Below, piece by piece: positions 1-8,336 of a stretch of DNA of 32,000 bases; position 1 is the first letter of the stretch; each line of letters starts with the position of its first letter. The notes beneath the pieces were generated by a model that had not been told where the DNA came from, ran no database searches, and saw nothing but the letters and a program-made list of their open reading frames with translations. Made by a program: the position numbers and the translations under genes. Location: the NCBI RefSeq assembly GCF_000021865.1, contig NC_014034.1, positions 1,170,001-1,202,000 on the forward strand. Reading direction: 5' to 3'. Source of the DNA: Rhodobacter capsulatus SB 1003. GTDB lineage: Bacteria; Pseudomonadota; Alphaproteobacteria; Rhodobacterales; Rhodobacteraceae.

Positions 1-752
1 TGCGCATCGGCGCCGAAGGGCTTGACCCGGCAGCGATTCCGCAGGGCACGCAGGCGGTGATCGTCACCCCCTCGCGGCAGTATCCGACCGGGGTGGCGAT
101 GGCGCTGCCGCAGCGTCTTGCGCTGCTGGGCTGGGCGCGCGCGACGGGCGGGCTGATCGTCGAGGATGATTACGACGGCGAATTTCGCTATCGCGGCCAG
201 CCGCTGCCCAGCCTTGCCGGGCTCGACGGTCTGCGCGCGACGCTTTATTCCGGCTCGTTCTCGAAGCTGCTGAGCCCGGGGCTTCGGATCGGCTATCTGG
301 TGGTGCCCGAAGCGCTTGCGGGCCGGGTGCGGCGCTATCTGGCGCGGGGTGGGCTGCGGGTCTCGCTGCTGCCGCAACCGGCGCTTGCGGCCTTCATGGC
401 GAGCGGCGAATTTGCCACCCATCTGCGGCGGATGCGCCGCGTTTATGCGGCACGGCAGGCGGTGCTGATCGATGCCTTGCAGCCGGTGGCCGGGCTGCTG
501 GAGCTGCGCCCGGATGCCTCCGGCATGCATCTGGTGGCGCCGCTTGCGGCCGCGCTGCGCGCCCGCGCCTCCGATGCGGAGATCGTCCTGCGCGGCGCCG
601 ATCGCGGGCTGACGCTGAAGGCGCTGTCGGCCCATGCGCAGCTGCCCGCGCCGCCGCAGGGCCTTGTGCTGGGCTACACCGCCTTTGACGAGGCGCAGAT
701 CCGCGCCGCCGCCGCGCGGCTGTGCGATCTGCTGCGCGAGATCGCCGCCTGA
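1..752 (+). CDS. PLP-dependent aminotransferase-fold protein, C-terminal part (MocR/GntR-type regulator effector domain or class-I aminotransferase); 5' end lies outside the window
   Basis: The frame is open from the window edge (codon phase from nt 3) to TGA 750-752. The translation ...AVIVTPSRQYPTG...EDDYDGEFRY...YSGSFSKLLSPGLRIGYLV matches the fold-type I aminotransferase core, including the SFSK lysine motif. GC3 is high. Confidence 0.8.
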   Translation, partial: RIGAEGLDPAAIPQGTQAVIVTPSRQYPTGVAMALPQRLALLGWARATGGLIVEDDYDGEFRYRGQPLPSLAGLDGLRATLYSGSFSKLLSPGLRIGYLVVPEALAGRVRRYLARGGLRVSLLPQPALAAFMASGEFATHLRRMRRVYAARQAVLIDALQPVAGLLELRPDASGMHLVAPLAAALRARASDAEIVLRGADRGLTLKALSAHAQLPAPPQGLVLGYTAFDEAQIRAAAARLCDLLREIAA

Positions 753-758
753 GGCGAC

Positions 759-2177
759 TCAGACGGGGCGCGGCACCAGCGGCGGGGCAAGATCGGCGGG
801 CAGGGGGCTGGTATAGGGCGTGCGCGCCAGACGGCGGGCATGTTCGGCCTGCGCCGCGGCCAGCAGCTCGGTATCGGTCCAAAGCCGCTCGGCCAGAAGC
901 GCCATCGCGCTTGCCGCATGCGTCATGCCCTTGTGCGCCGCCGCCGATTTGCCCTGCGCGGTCAGCTGCCAGCTGTGCCCCGGCGTGCCGATCGCATGGC
1001 AGGCCACCAGAACTTCGGTCGTGGGCACCGCCCAGGTCACATCCGAGACATCGGTCGAGCCGATCATCTTGTCCCCGCCCGGCTTGAGCGGCACGATCCA
1101 GTCGCAGAGCGGCGCCGCGGTGGGCTCCTGCGCCACGGCGCGCCAGGGCGCTTCAAGGTCGGTCGGGCTCAGCGTCGCGCGGATCGCCTCGGCATAGGCG
1201 CGGTCGGCGGCATCAAAGGGCACGCCGCCCAGATCCTCCAGCACCTGCTGCATGGCGCGGTCCATCACCTCGTTCACCAGGTTGTTCGACACCGCCGAGA
1301 TCACCTGAAAATCAACCGCCGTGCCCGTCATCAGCGCCGCGCCGCGGGCCACGTCCTTCACCCGCTCGACCAGCGCCAGCATGTCCGAAAGCTCCAGCGC
1401 CCGGATCGAATAGCGCACCCTGGCGCGGGCCTGCACCACATTCGGCGCGGTGCCGCCCGCGTCCATATAGGCGTAGTGGATGCGGGCGCCGTTCACCATA
1501 TGCTCGCGCAGGTAGTTCACGCCGACCGACATCAGCTCGACCGCATCCAGCGCCGAGCGCCCCAGATGCGGCGTCGCGGCGGCATGGCTGGCGCGGCCGG
1601 TGAAGCTGAAATCCATCCGCGTGTTGGCAAGGCTTTCGGGGTCATCGACCCGGGTCATGCCGTCGGGGTGCCAGGTGATCGCGGCATCGACCCCCGCAAA
1701 GGCGCCGTCGCGCACCATGAAGGCTTTCGCGGCGCCGCCCTCCTCGGCGGGGCAGCCGTAATAGCGCACCCGGCCCGGCGTGCCGGTGGCGGCCAGCCAG
1801 TCCTTCAGCGCGCAGGCCGCCAGAAGCGAGGCCGCGCCCAGAAGGTTATGGCCGCAGCCATGGCCATTGCCGCCCTCGACCACCGGCTGCGGCTCGGCGA
1901 TGCCCGCGACCTGGCTCAGCCCGGGCAGGGCGTCATATTCGCCAAGGATCGCGATCACCGGCCCGCCGTCGCCCGCTTCGCCCATCACCGCGGTCGGAAT
2001 GCCTGTGACGTTTTCGGTGACGCGAAAGCCCTTGGCGCGCAGCATCTCGGTGTGGGTGGCACAGGAGGCAAACTCGCCGTAAAGCAGTTCCGGCGTGTCC
2101 CAGACCCGGTCGGCGAGCGCCGTCAGATCCTTGCGGTGCCTGTCGATGGCCTCCAGGACGGGATGAGTGTTTCGCAT
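759..2177 (-). CDS. M20-family amidohydrolase (aminobenzoyl-glutamate hydrolase subunit B / AbgB-like)
   Basis: Track ORF 759..2231. I place the start at the ATG at 2175-2177 (MRNTHPVLEAI...) because GGAGG lies 4 nt upstream. Motifs ILGEYDALPGL and NGHGCGHNLLG are typical of M20 peptidase/amidohydrolases. Confidence 0.85.
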   Translation of the reverse strand: MRNTHPVLEAIDRHRKDLTALADRVWDTPELLYGEFASCATHTEMLRAKGFRVTENVTGIPTAVMGEAGDGGPVIAILGEYDALPGLSQVAGIAEPQPVVEGGNGHGCGHNLLGAASLLAACALKDWLAATGTPGRVRYYGCPAEEGGAAKAFMVRDGAFAGVDAAITWHPDGMTRVDDPESLANTRMDFSFTGRASHAAATPHLGRSALDAVELMSVGVNYLREHMVNGARIHYAYMDAGGTAPNVVQARARVRYSIRALELSDMLALVERVKDVARGAALMTGTAVDFQVISAVSNNLVNEVMDRAMQQVLEDLGGVPFDAADRAYAEAIRATLSPTDLEAPWRAVAQEPTAAPLCDWIVPLKPGGDKMIGSTDVSDVTWAVPTTEVLVACHAIGTPGHSWQLTAQGKSAAAHKGMTHAASAMALLAERLWTDTELLAAAQAEHARRLARTPYTSPLPADLAPPLVPRPV

Positions 2178-2349
2178 GGGACCTCCGGGCGGTTTTGCGG
2201 CCAGACTGGTCCTGCGGAAAGGCCGCGACAAGGCGTGGCGTTGTGTCGGTCACAATCTGTCGAAGGCGCAGATGAGCGGGACGACAGGATCGGGGCAGGG
2301 CTGGAGGGGGCATCGGGGGCTTGTGGTGCCCGGTGTGCACCCCGGTTCA

Positions 2350-2532
<183 letters not shown>

Positions 2533-2579
2533 TCACGAAATCCGTTGCGCTTTTTTTCCGCCGCGGGCAAAGCCCTCGC

Positions 2580-3767
2580 ATGACCCAATATGACGCCATC
2601 ATCCTTGGTGCGGGGGCCGCCGGGCTCTTTTGCGCCGCCGAAGCCACCCGCCGCGGCCGCCGCGTGATCGTGCTGGATCACGCGCAGCGCCCGGGCGAAA
2701 AGATCCGCATCTCGGGCGGCGGGCGGTGCAACTTCACCAACCGCGAGCTGACCCGGCAGAACGCGCCCGAACAGTTCCTGTCGGAAAACCCCCGGTTCGC
2801 GCTGTCGGCGCTCAGCCGCTTCACCCCCGCCGACATGATCGCCCGGGTGGATGCCGCGGGAATCGCCTGGCATGAAAAGCACCGCGGCCAGCTGTTCTTT
2901 GACGGCAAGGCCTGGCAGCTGGTCGATCTGCTGCTGGCCGATCTGCGCGCGGGCGGCGAGATCGGGCTGGGCTGCAGCATCGAGACGGTGCGGCAGGGGG
3001 CGCAGGGATTCGAGGTGGTCACCTCGGACGGGATCTTGCGGGCGGCAAGGGTGGTGGTGGCGACGGGGGGCAAGTCGATCCCGAAGCTCGGAGCCACCGG
3101 GCTGGGCTATCGCATCGCGGAAAGCTTCGGGCTGCGGCTGACCGAGACCCGGCCCGGCCTTGTGCCGCTGACCTTCGCCGAACAGGATCTGGCGCGCACC
3201 GCGCCCCTGGCGGGGATCGGCCTGCCCGCGCGGGTGAGCCTGGGCAAGCGCAGCCTCGAGGAGGATCTGCTGTTCACCCATCGCGGCCTGTCGGGCCCGG
3301 CGATCCTGCAGATTTCCAGCTACTGGCGCGAGGGCGACGCGCTGACGATCGACCTCGCGCCGGGGCGCGACATCGCCGCCGAGCTGGCCGCGATCCGGGC
3401 CGAGACCGGGCGGATCGCGCTGCACACCGCGCTGGGGCGGCTTTTGCCCGACAAGCTGGCGGCGCTGGCGGTGGCGCAATCGGGGCTGTCGGGGCGGCTG
3501 GCCGATCACGGCAACCGCGCGCTGGCGCAGCTGGCGGCGCAGGTGCAGGCCTGGCAGGTGCGTCCCGTGGGGTCGGAGGGCTATCGCACCGCCGAGGTGA
3601 CGGTGGGCGGCGTGGCGACCGAGGCGCTGGAGGCGAAGACGCTGGAGGCAAAGCAAGTGCCGGGGCTGCATTTCATCGGCGAGGTCGTCGATGTGACCGG
3701 CTGGCTCGGCGGCTACAACTTCCAGTGGGCCTGGTCCTCGGCCTGGGCGGCGGCGCAGGTGTTGTGA
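2580..3767 (+). CDS. BaiN/RdsA (YhiN/HI0933-like) NAD(P)/FAD-dependent oxidoreductase
   Basis: N-terminal dinucleotide fold YDAIILGAGAAGLFCA, family signature RISGGGRCNFTN, and C-terminal ...GEVVDVTGWLGGYNFQWAWSS. Confidence 0.85.
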   Translation: MTQYDAIILGAGAAGLFCAAEATRRGRRVIVLDHAQRPGEKIRISGGGRCNFTNRELTRQNAPEQFLSENPRFALSALSRFTPADMIARVDAAGIAWHEKHRGQLFFDGKAWQLVDLLLADLRAGGEIGLGCSIETVRQGAQGFEVVTSDGILRAARVVVATGGKSIPKLGATGLGYRIAESFGLRLTETRPGLVPLTFAEQDLARTAPLAGIGLPARVSLGKRSLEEDLLFTHRGLSGPAILQISSYWREGDALTIDLAPGRDIAAELAAIRAETGRIALHTALGRLLPDKLAALAVAQSGLSGRLADHGNRALAQLAAQVQAWQVRPVGSEGYRTAEVTVGGVATEALEAKTLEAKQVPGLHFIGEVVDVTGWLGGYNFQWAWSSAWAAAQVL

Positions 3768-4012
3768 GCGGGCAGGGGCGCTGCCCCCCCCCTCTTGGCC
3801 TGCGTGTCATCTTTCCTTGTCCCCGCAACGTCCTCTCGTGGGTCTATGACCGGAAGTGCCGGTCAATCCGCAGACAATCCCGGACCGTTTCGGCGGTCGT
3901 CGGCAGTGCGTCAGGGGCCGAGGGGGAGGCGCGGAAGGGCTGGGGGCAAGTCTGACCTCCCTGATTTGCCCTGAAACTGCCCGGCCCTCAATCTTGACGG
4001 AACGGGGGGAAC

Positions 4013-4134
4013 GATCTGGCCGAAATCGTCTGAAAACCGCGCGAAACGGCGCAAGACTCGCTCAGCGCGCGATTGCGAAGGCTGCAAGTGTCAATCTTGC
4101 GGCACGTTTGAGGGACCGGCACCCAAATGTCACG
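4013..4134. repeat. Copy A of a ~120-bp non-coding element; direct repeat with 10152..10290
   Basis: Three blocks are identical to copy B, in the same order and orientation: 34 nt (4017-4050 = 10156-10189), 23 nt (4081-4103 = 10219-10241) and 19 nt (4104-4122 = 10261-10279). Diverged linkers lie between them. Confidence 0.85.
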
Positions 4135-4212
4135 TGCCACCCAAACTTGCCGCAAATTGCGGACTTCATGTAAATGAGATTACGTAAGTGCTTGATATGT
4201 AGTGGCAATATG

Positions 4213-5064
4213 GGCCGTGTTGACAAAACGGATTCCCCTCCGTGGTCAGCTGTGATTCAAGATCATCTCTACGTGGGAGGTGACCTTGGCACGCAACCTG
4301 ATGTCCGACGACGAATGGGCATTCTTTGAGGGCTTCATCCGGGCCGTCCGGCATCCGAACGGGCGCAAGCCTGCGGACCATCGGCTTGTTCTAGATGGCA
4401 TTTTCCGGATCGCGCGAACCGGTGCGCCGTGGCGGGACCTGCCAGAGGAGTTTGGCAAGTGGTCATCTGTCTACCGGCAGTTCCGGCGCTGGACGCTCGC
4501 CGGGCTGTGGGAGGACGTCCTGGATGGCTTGAACCACGCGGGGCGCTGGCGCCCGACAAGCTCCAGATGGTCGACAGCACTGTGATCCGCGCCCATCATC
4601 ATGCGGCGGGCGCAAAAGGGGGACTCCGAAGAAGCTTTTGGCCGTTCAAGGGGTGGGTTCTCGACCAAGATCCATTTGCGCGTCAACGGTGTCGGCCTTC
4701 CGATGAGAACCGAGATCACGCCGGGGCAGGTTTCCGACTACACCGGATATGATCTGGTGATGGCGGACAACCTGCCACAGCCCGCCGGTCTGGTCGCTGA
4801 CAGGGGCTATGACTCTGATAAGGTTCGAGAAGATATCGATAGTCGTGATGCCCTACCGATGATACCGATGCGCAAGCACCGGAAGGTTCGCAAGGTCGTC
4901 GACATGGCCATATACACGTTGCGCAACAGGGTCGAGCGCTGCTTCAACAAGTTGAAGAACAGCCGTCGGCTGGCAACCCGATACGACAAAACCGCAGACA
5001 GTTTCCTCGGCTTCATAGACATCGCCTGCATCAGGCTCTGGCTCCGCCATTTGTCAACATGACC
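4213..5064 (+). mobile_element. IS5-family (IS427-group-like) insertion sequence, ~0.85 kb
   Basis: Terminal inverted repeats GGCCGTGTTGACAAA (4213-4227) and the reverse complement of TTTGTCAACATGACC (5050-5064) match at 13/15. They enclose a DDE transposase whose stop lies inside the right IR. Exact ends are uncertain by a few nt. Confidence 0.8.
4280..5062 (+). pseudogene. IS5/IS427-type DDE transposase with an interrupted reading frame
   Basis: Homology is spread over three segments. Frame A (4280-~4545) reads ...GAPWRDLPEEFGKWSSVYRQFRRW.... A -1 frame (~4546-4622) reads ...LQMVDSTVIRAHHHAAGAKGG. Frame A resumes from ~4622 with DSEEAFGRSRGGFSTKIH...DRGYDS...NRVERCFNKLKNSRRLATRYDK. The first shift could be programmed. 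The second, at the A4G5 run 4614-4622, looks like an indel. Confidence 0.7.
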
Positions 5065-5278
5065 TAAGACAACTTCTGCACTCTACCTGTGGCAGCCCCA
5101 AGAAAATGGAAAGTATTTATCGGAAAAAAGTTGTTCAGTATTGACTTGTGGCTGCAGACTGTTGCGTTGCTGGGCGTATATCGCATAAATATCTATATTT
5201 TTCAGTCATATGTGGCGTGGCGCATCGTTCTGAGTGGCGCAGGGTGAATGGTTGCACTCCTCCCCCAGGGGCGGAGGT

Positions 5279-5400
5279 TCAGCCCCCGCTGATCGGAGCC
5301 TCGAAGGGGCGGGCATCTGCGCGCAACCTGATCCCAGCCGACAGTTCGACCGGTAAGGCCCGATCGGGCCGCTCGAGCAGGGGAAAGGTTGTCCTGCTCA
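5279..5400 (-). pseudogene. Relic of the 3' end of a paralogue of the 7690..8217 gene
   Basis: Minus-strand translation ...VSRTTFPLLERPDRALPVELSAGIRLRADARPFEAPISGG* aligns with the C-terminus ...ARTFSRYNLLGRPDRAVLAALRAKGRLRADAQFFNVPIAGGWT*. A 17-nt block gcatctgcgcgcaacct is identical in both. An in-frame stop at 5411-5413 lies just upstream, and no start codon is present. Confidence 0.75.
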
Positions 5401-5555
5401 CGTTTGTGGATCAACAGTATTCGGAATATTGTTTCTTATAGGTATTTTTAAGAACTTAAAGTGCATTAAAGGGATCAAATCACATGTAGTGCGTTGAGTC
5501 CATCGTCGCAATGCCCTAAGGTGCCGCCATCAAAACCCCTCATTCCGCCCGTCCG

Positions 5556-5885
5556 ATGGAACGTCTCCAGCCGCTGTCCCTTGCCACGCGTCGCATGCTT
5601 GCGCTGCTCGCCGACGAGATTCAGGCGCGCCGGAAGCTCTTGCGCTGGAGCGAGCAGGACCTTGCCGACCGGTTGGGATGCGCGCGAAAGACGGTGCGGG
5701 CACTGGAAAGCGCAAAGCCCTCGGTGGCGATCGGCACGGTGTTCGAGGCTGCGGTTCTGGTCGGGCTGGATCTGTTCGGGGGCGAGGCTGCGGTCGAGGC
5801 GCGGCATGCCGAGACCCGGCTTCGGCTCGATCTGCTGCCGCGTCGCATCCATTCCCGCAAGCCGGAGCTGAAGGATGATTTCTGA
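5556..5885 (+). CDS. hipB: XRE-family helix-turn-helix protein, HipB-like antitoxin
   Basis: HTH core RWSEQDLADRLGCARKTVRALESAKPSVAIGTVFEAAVLVGLDLF. The 3' end overlaps the hipA start by 11 nt. The start codon is uncertain because there is no clear SD. Confidence 0.7.
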   Translation: MERLQPLSLATRRMLALLADEIQARRKLLRWSEQDLADRLGCARKTVRALESAKPSVAIGTVFEAAVLVGLDLFGGEAAVEARHAETRLRLDLLPRRIHSRKPELKDDF

Positions 5886-7155
5886 ACCGACGGAACTCTT
5901 TGTCTGGATCTGGCTGCCGGGCGCGTCGCAGCCGGTGGTGGCCGGGCGGGTCGCACGCGAAGGCACGCGGATATTCTTCAACTACGGGCGCAGCTACCTT
6001 GAGCGGCCCGATGCGATCGCCGTTTTCGATCTCGACCTGCCGCTGCGTGCGGGGTTGATCGATCCGCCGCCCGGGCACGATCTGGCGCCAAGCCTGCGCG
6101 ATGCGCTGCCGGACCGTTGGGGGCGGCGCGTCATTGTGCATGACCTTCTGGGATATCGGCGCGACGAGATCGCCGGGGATGCCTTTGGCGAGATGACCTT
6201 CATGGCGCGGTCTGGCTCCGATCGGATCGGGGCGCTCGATTTTCAGGCCTCGGGGCAGGAGTATCTGCCGCGGGAGGGCGAAGAGGCGAGCCTCGACGAG
6301 CTTATGGCTTTTTCCGACCGGATCGAAGCCGGGGAGCCCGTTCCGCCTGCGCTCGACCGGGCGGTGCTGCACGGCAGTTCCATCGGTGGCGCGCGTCCCA
6401 AGGCGCTGCGCACCGATGCGGGATCCGGGCGCAAGCTGATCGCGAAATTCTCGGCGGCGAGTGACAGTTTTGCGATGGTGAAGGCGGAATTCGCCGCCAT
6501 GCGGCTGGCGGCCCTGGCCGGGATCGACACCGCCCCCGTCACGATCACCCGAGCGCTTGATCGCGACGTTCTCCTGGTGGAGCGGTTCGACCGGGTTCCC
6601 GCTGCGGCGGACGGATGGGCGCGCAGGGCGATGGTTTCGGCGCTGACCTGGACGCAAGAGCACGAGATGGCGGCGCATCACATCTCCTATCCCGGGCTCG
6701 CCGACATCATTCGCAAGAAGTTTCATGCGCCGAAACAGACCCTGCGCGAGATGTTTTCGCGGCTGACTTTCAACATTCTGGTCGGCAATACCGATGACCA
6801 CGCGCGCAACCATGCGGCCTTTTGGGATGGCAAGCTGCTGCGCCTGACACCTGCCTACGACATTGCCCCGCAGCGGCGCGCGGGCAGCGAGGCGAACCAG
6901 GCGATGATCATCGCCGAGGGGCGCCGGACGTCGCAGTTGACCCTCGCCCTGAGCGCCGCGCCGGCGTTCTTGCTTGATACCGGGACTGCCCGCGGGATCA
7001 TCGATGCGCAGGTCGAGACAATCGCGCGGCATTGGCGGCAGGTCTCTGATGAGGCGGGCATGACGCAAGTCGAGCGGCGCTTTTTCGCGGGGCGCCAGTT
7101 TCTGCCGGCCTATGCGTTCGACGACTACGGTCCGGCGGTGGGTCTCGAACCCTGA
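5875..7155 (+). CDS. hipA: HipA-family serine/threonine kinase toxin (type II TA)
   Basis: HipA N-terminal coupling region LPDRWGRRVI. Kinase motifs GSSIGGARPKAL, LVGNTDDHARNHAAF and LTPAYDIAP. GGAG lies 7 nt upstream of ATG 5875. Confidence 0.85.
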   Translation: MISEPTELFVWIWLPGASQPVVAGRVAREGTRIFFNYGRSYLERPDAIAVFDLDLPLRAGLIDPPPGHDLAPSLRDALPDRWGRRVIVHDLLGYRRDEIAGDAFGEMTFMARSGSDRIGALDFQASGQEYLPREGEEASLDELMAFSDRIEAGEPVPPALDRAVLHGSSIGGARPKALRTDAGSGRKLIAKFSAASDSFAMVKAEFAAMRLAALAGIDTAPVTITRALDRDVLLVERFDRVPAAADGWARRAMVSALTWTQEHEMAAHHISYPGLADIIRKKFHAPKQTLREMFSRLTFNILVGNTDDHARNHAAFWDGKLLRLTPAYDIAPQRRAGSEANQAMIIAEGRRTSQLTLALSAAPAFLLDTGTARGIIDAQVETIARHWRQVSDEAGMTQVERRFFAGRQFLPAYAFDDYGPAVGLEP

Positions 7156-7179
7156 CCGCAGGACGGTCGGGGCCGTCTC

Positions 7180-7617
7180 TCACCGACCGATCTGGCGTTG
7201 CTCCAGGGTCTCATCGTCGCCGTCGCCGCGCATCGCGTCGGCGATCAGGTGATCGACCATCTCTTCGAAATAGCCGATCAGTTCCCGGTGCAGCGTGCGA
7301 AATTCCGCAGCCACGGTCGCCTCGAACGCGCGCTGCCGCACGCGGACCATCACCGTGGTGCGGCGCTGCCGGGGATAGCGGTAGGGGCGCACGCCGTGCT
7401 TGCGGCAGAGCGCCACGAAGATGCGCACCGACCAAGTGTCGGGAAAGGTGTATTGCATCTCGGTTTCAGGTTCGTCAACGGGCGCATCGGCGCCAAGACG
7501 GGCCTGCAAGCGGTCGATCGCCGCCCCGGCGGCGGCGCGCTCGCCCTCGGTGGCGCCGCGTGCGAAGAGAGCCTCGAGCCGGGCGAGCTTGGCGCGAATT
7601 TCGGCGTCTCGGGACAT
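7180..7617 (-). CDS. Hypothetical 145-aa protein; N-terminal helix resembles the DUF2786-type motif seen in phage/ICE genes
   Basis: ATG at 7615-7617 with GGAGAA 4 nt upstream and high GC3. The N-terminus EIRAKLARLEALFARGATEGERAAAGAAIDRLQARL resembles the KIrkLLALAes..neaEAeaA pattern. No other motif was recognised. Confidence 0.6.
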   Translation of the reverse strand: MSRDAEIRAKLARLEALFARGATEGERAAAGAAIDRLQARLGADAPVDEPETEMQYTFPDTWSVRIFVALCRKHGVRPYRYPRQRRTTVMVRVRQRAFEATVAAEFRTLHRELIGYFEEMVDHLIADAMRGDGDDETLEQRQIGR

Positions 7618-7689
7618 GGTTTTCTCCGGGCAATGGGGGCTTGCGCCAGATCTGGCGAGAGCGAACCCTCCCTTGCCCCGGCGAAGGGC

Positions 7690-8217
7690 TCAGGTCCAGC
7701 CCCCGGCGATCGGAACATTGAAGAACTGCGCATCTGCGCGCAACCTACCCTTGGCGCGCAACGCAGCGAGGACGGCCCGATCGGGGCGGCCGAGCAGGTT
7801 ATAGCGCGAAAATGTGCGTGCCCATCCCTTGTCGAGAGCGATGCGAATAAGCGGCGAGGTCATCGTCCGGGCGCCCTTGCGCAAACGAGGATGACCGGTG
7901 ACGACGCCGACCGGCACCGGCAGATTGTCGACCACGGCCGCGCACCAGCGATCGATCCGGGGCGCATCGGCAAGCATGATCGGCTCTGGCTCGGCCTGGG
8001 TCAGCGCATCGAGATGGTTGCACAGGCTGACCAGATCCCGCGCCAGGATCGGTGCGGCAGGATCCAGGCTTTGTGCCCAACGCCAGGTGCCCAGCAGCTG
8101 GGCGATATCCGGGGTGATGTCGCGTTGCGCGCCCGGACGCAGATGTATTGTGTCGCGCAGCGCGTCGGAGAGGCGCTGCAATGGGCGCAGCGGATCGACG
8201 ATATCATCGGGTGTCAT
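7690..8217 (-). CDS. Hypothetical 175-aa protein of unknown function, with a paralogous relic at 5279..5400
   Basis: Track ORF 7690..8235. I prefer the ATG at 8215-8217 (MTPDDIV...) because GGAGGG lies 6 nt upstream. GC3 is high and a diverged second copy fragment in the island indicates a real gene family. Confidence 0.65.
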   Translation of the reverse strand: MTPDDIVDPLRPLQRLSDALRDTIHLRPGAQRDITPDIAQLLGTWRWAQSLDPAAPILARDLVSLCNHLDALTQAEPEPIMLADAPRIDRWCAAVVDNLPVPVGVVTGHPRLRKGARTMTSPLIRIALDKGWARTFSRYNLLGRPDRAVLAALRAKGRLRADAQFFNVPIAGGWT

Positions 8218-8336
8218 TGCGGCCCTCCGGGTCACGGGAAGAATGCGAAAACGGCGCCGGATCAGTGATGCCGAGAGCGTCGGCCATAGCCGCGCACCAC
8301 CGCGACCCAGTCCAGCAACTGCCTCAGGCTGAGGGG

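Noticed and set aside
3784-3792. Homopolymer tracts (C9 at 3784-3792, G8 at 18255-18262, G8 at 30857-30864) as phase-variation switches
   Set aside because: All are intergenic and not positioned between -35/-10 elements or within coding starts that I can identify. Runs of this length are not remarkable in such GC-rich DNA.
4150-4162. Palindrome CCGCAA-A-TTGCGG shares its core (CGCAAATTGCG) with GCGCAAATTGCGC at 17106-17118, suggesting a possible common operator
   Set aside because: There are only two occurrences, in unrelated contexts (an island edge and the miaB-ompA spacer), with no match to a consensus I know. I cannot distinguish this from chance with GC-rich short palindromes.
3856-4173. 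ORFs 3856..4173(+) and 10115..10351(+) share a peptide (GRNRLKTARNG.R.AQ), suggesting a duplicated small gene
   Set aside because: The shared peptide is simply the translation of the 120-bp DNA repeat. Indels between the two copies destroy frame continuity, there is no SD, and the rest of each ORF is unrelated. I treat the unit as non-coding.
5148-5441. 97-aa + strand ORF in the AT-rich island segment
   Set aside because: It spans the antisense of the paralogue relic and AT-rich non-coding DNA, has no SD, and shows mixed composition with no codon-position bias.
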